From Candidatus Krumholzibacteriota bacterium (lineage in GTDB: Bacteria > Krumholzibacteriota > Krumholzibacteriia > LZORAL124-64-63): a stretch of 34,393 bases of DNA. Both the position numbers and the translations under genes were made by a program. The stretch is taken from contig JBDLKA010000031.1 in NCBI GenBank assembly GCA_039714075.1, positions 1 to 34,393 on the forward strand, in the 5' to 3' direction. How positions within the stretch are numbered: position 1 is the stretch's first letter; the number at the start of each line of letters is the position of its first letter. Of this stretch, positions 33,122-34,393 are shown piece after piece. Under the pieces are notes generated by a model, which saw only the letters and a program-made list of their open reading frames with translations, did no database searches and was not told the DNA's origin.

Positions 33122-34189
33122 CTAGATTCTCAACCTCCCTTCATGATGCAGGCGGTGGCACCCGGAACAAAGGGTGACCAGGTTTTCGGGATCGTTTCCG
33201 CCGCCGACCGACCTGGGCCGGACGTGATGAACCTCCAAAAACCGACTGTTTCCACACCCGGGAGCCCGGCAGCGATAACGGTCGCGCTGAAAAACCTCGA
33301 ATCGCCGACCCGGCGCAATGGTGGCGGTGTTTGGTTTACCCGCCTGTTTGACGCGGGCGTCACATTCGGCGCGTTTTGCGTCAGCCTCCGAAATATCCAG
33401 TTCACCCCGGCTGGTTTGAACCGTCGATTTGGAGCACTCGGGACACCGATGGACGTGGACCTGGAAGGGGGAGGAAAAAACCCGCCGGCGGGCCGGTGTG
33501 GCGGAAGACGTTTCTTCGCACCCATTTATGGGTTTTGGTGTTCCCCGGGCCAATTCTTCCAGACCTGACAGCATGGCGTCCACCCGACTCGAGCCCCCGG
33601 GAACCGCGTTCAATTTTCGGATTTTTTCCATCAACGCTTCAAAACGTGCAAACTGTTCCGGGGTCATTTCCAGGGACATGCGCACGGGCGTTTCAGCAAC
33701 CAGTTTCCTTTCGGTTGGGTTTTCACTCAACAGGGTGCCCTGACCCTTCTGGTTTTTTCGCCGCCGCGCCTTGGCCTTGACCCGTTTCACCTTTTTAGCC
33801 AATTCCCTGCGGCCGGTTTTGGCGGCTTCGGCAACCCAGTGATCCTCCGTCACCGGGGTGGCGACCTTGATGATCTCAACCACCTTTGTGTACCCGAGGT
33901 CACCGTCAGCCAACGATTTCGCCACAGCGGGCAATTCATCCAGCTTGCGGGCCAGGCGCATGAAGTCCCCGGTCCTGGTTTTCGAGAACTTCAACTCGGA
34001 TGAGGCGTACTGGGGCATGTTTGAATAGCCCAGCTTTCGAAAGAGACCGCGCTTCATGATGTCGGCGAACCAGAGTACAGCGCGGTGCTTGGCGTCATCC
34101 ATCTCACTGATGGCGGTTTTGAGGGAGGAATCGGCGACGGCGGCGGACTGACCGGTCTGGAAACCGGCAGCGGTAGGGATGGTAATCAT
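33122..34189 (-). CDS. HNH endonuclease-family protein with helical N-terminal domain and CxxC
   Basis: C-terminal RDRYRCRAPGC...LEVHHVRPRSVGGGNDPENLVTLCSGCHRLHH; HRCPEC. Start at ATG 34189 is supported by alignment to the left paralog; 355 aa. Confidence 0.9.
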   Translation of the reverse strand: MITIPTAAGFQTGQSAAVADSSLKTAISEMDDAKHRAVLWFADIMKRGLFRKLGYSNMPQYASSELKFSKTRTGDFMRLARKLDELPAVAKSLADGDLGYTKVVEIIKVATPVTEDHWVAEAAKTGRRELAKKVKRVKAKARRRKNQKGQGTLLSENPTERKLVAETPVRMSLEMTPEQFARFEALMEKIRKLNAVPGGSSRVDAMLSGLEELARGTPKPINGCEETSSATPARRRVFSSPFQVHVHRCPECSKSTVQTSRGELDISEADAKRAECDARVKQAGKPNTATIAPGRRFEVFQRDRYRCRAPGCGNSRFLEVHHVRPRSVGGGNDPENLVTLCSGCHRLHHEGRLRI

Positions 34190-34218
34190 GATATTTTTCC
34201 AATCTGGGAGGTGCAACC

Positions 34219-34247
34219 AATATGGCGAACAAAAGACGAAAATGCCA
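34219..34247 (-). promoter_or_regulatory. promoter of the right HNH gene, with a TTTC-N7-GTTC box
   Basis: TGGCAT (34242-34247), 17 nt, CATATT (34219-34224); homologous to 353-381. Confidence 0.55.
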
Positions 34248-34328
34248 GAAAAACTTTGCCCTTTTCCTGAAATTTCCGGTATGAAGTAGGCGACAGCCTG
34301 AACCATCCGAATTATGAAAGGCGCCACC

Positions 34329-34393
34329 GTGCCCCTGGAAATCCATCCCCGCTTCCGCTGGACGGAACTGGTCCTGAACCAGCCGCCGCGCAA
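34329..34393 (+). CDS. 5' end of a gene running off the window, possibly enoyl-CoA hydratase/crotonase family
   Basis: GTG after GAAAGG; MPLEIHPRFRWTELVLNQPPR... resembles the crotonase LNRPPxN N-terminal motif. Only 21 codons are visible. Confidence 0.35.
   Translation, partial: MPLEIHPRFRWTELVLNQPPR

Noticed and set aside
33116..34250. HEARO/OMEGA-like RNA-guided system around the HNH gene
   Set aside because: No room for a structured ncRNA: 6 nt to the convergent neighbouring stop and only a ~25-nt predicted leader. No RuvC or PLMP motifs were seen.
1..34393. Composite transposon or genomic island bounded by the two HNH genes
   Set aside because: The copies are only ~56% identical in protein. 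I see no terminal repeats, transposase or integrase, and the interval contains housekeeping genes (ispH, glnS, selD).

Overview
GC-rich bacterial chromosomal window with about 27 CDS. I recognised no rRNA, tRNA, CRISPR array or transposase. A C-terminal ...SWGGVKALFR tail on one secreted protein suggests a Krumholzibacteriota/Eisenbacteria/Latescibacterota-like FCB-related lineage (inference). Left to right: a truncated HNH-endonuclease-family paralog missed by the ORF track (1-314, -); a DsbD_2/TauE-like membrane protein; an SGNH hydrolase + GT-C/TPR glycosyltransferase + thioredoxin-TPR operon; a candidate ~130-nt sRNA with an anti-Shine-Dalgarno loop (5713-5842, -); a DUF2892-TolC-MFP-RND efflux operon; a secreted CBM-like protein; ispH; an ArsR regulator; a YhaO/YhaN-like nuclease-ATPase pair; a small membrane protein; an HDOD protein; selenocysteine-containing selD (in-frame UGA plus SECIS, truncated in the ORF track); an Omp85-like barrel; glnS; and a GT87 glycosyltransferase. 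The most striking element is a five-gene operon at 26336-33115. It encodes a di-heme-b-type inner-membrane protein, 20-heme and 16-heme c cytochromes built from tri-heme repeats, an outer-membrane beta-barrel, and a membrane-anchored 2x[4Fe-4S]/circularly permuted TrxR-fold NAD(P)H flavoprotein. Together these suggest a complete NAD(P)H-to-outside trans-envelope electron conduit. A second, full-length HNH paralog (33122-34189) sits near the right edge and shares a promoter/operator with the left copy; a short partial ORF ends the window.
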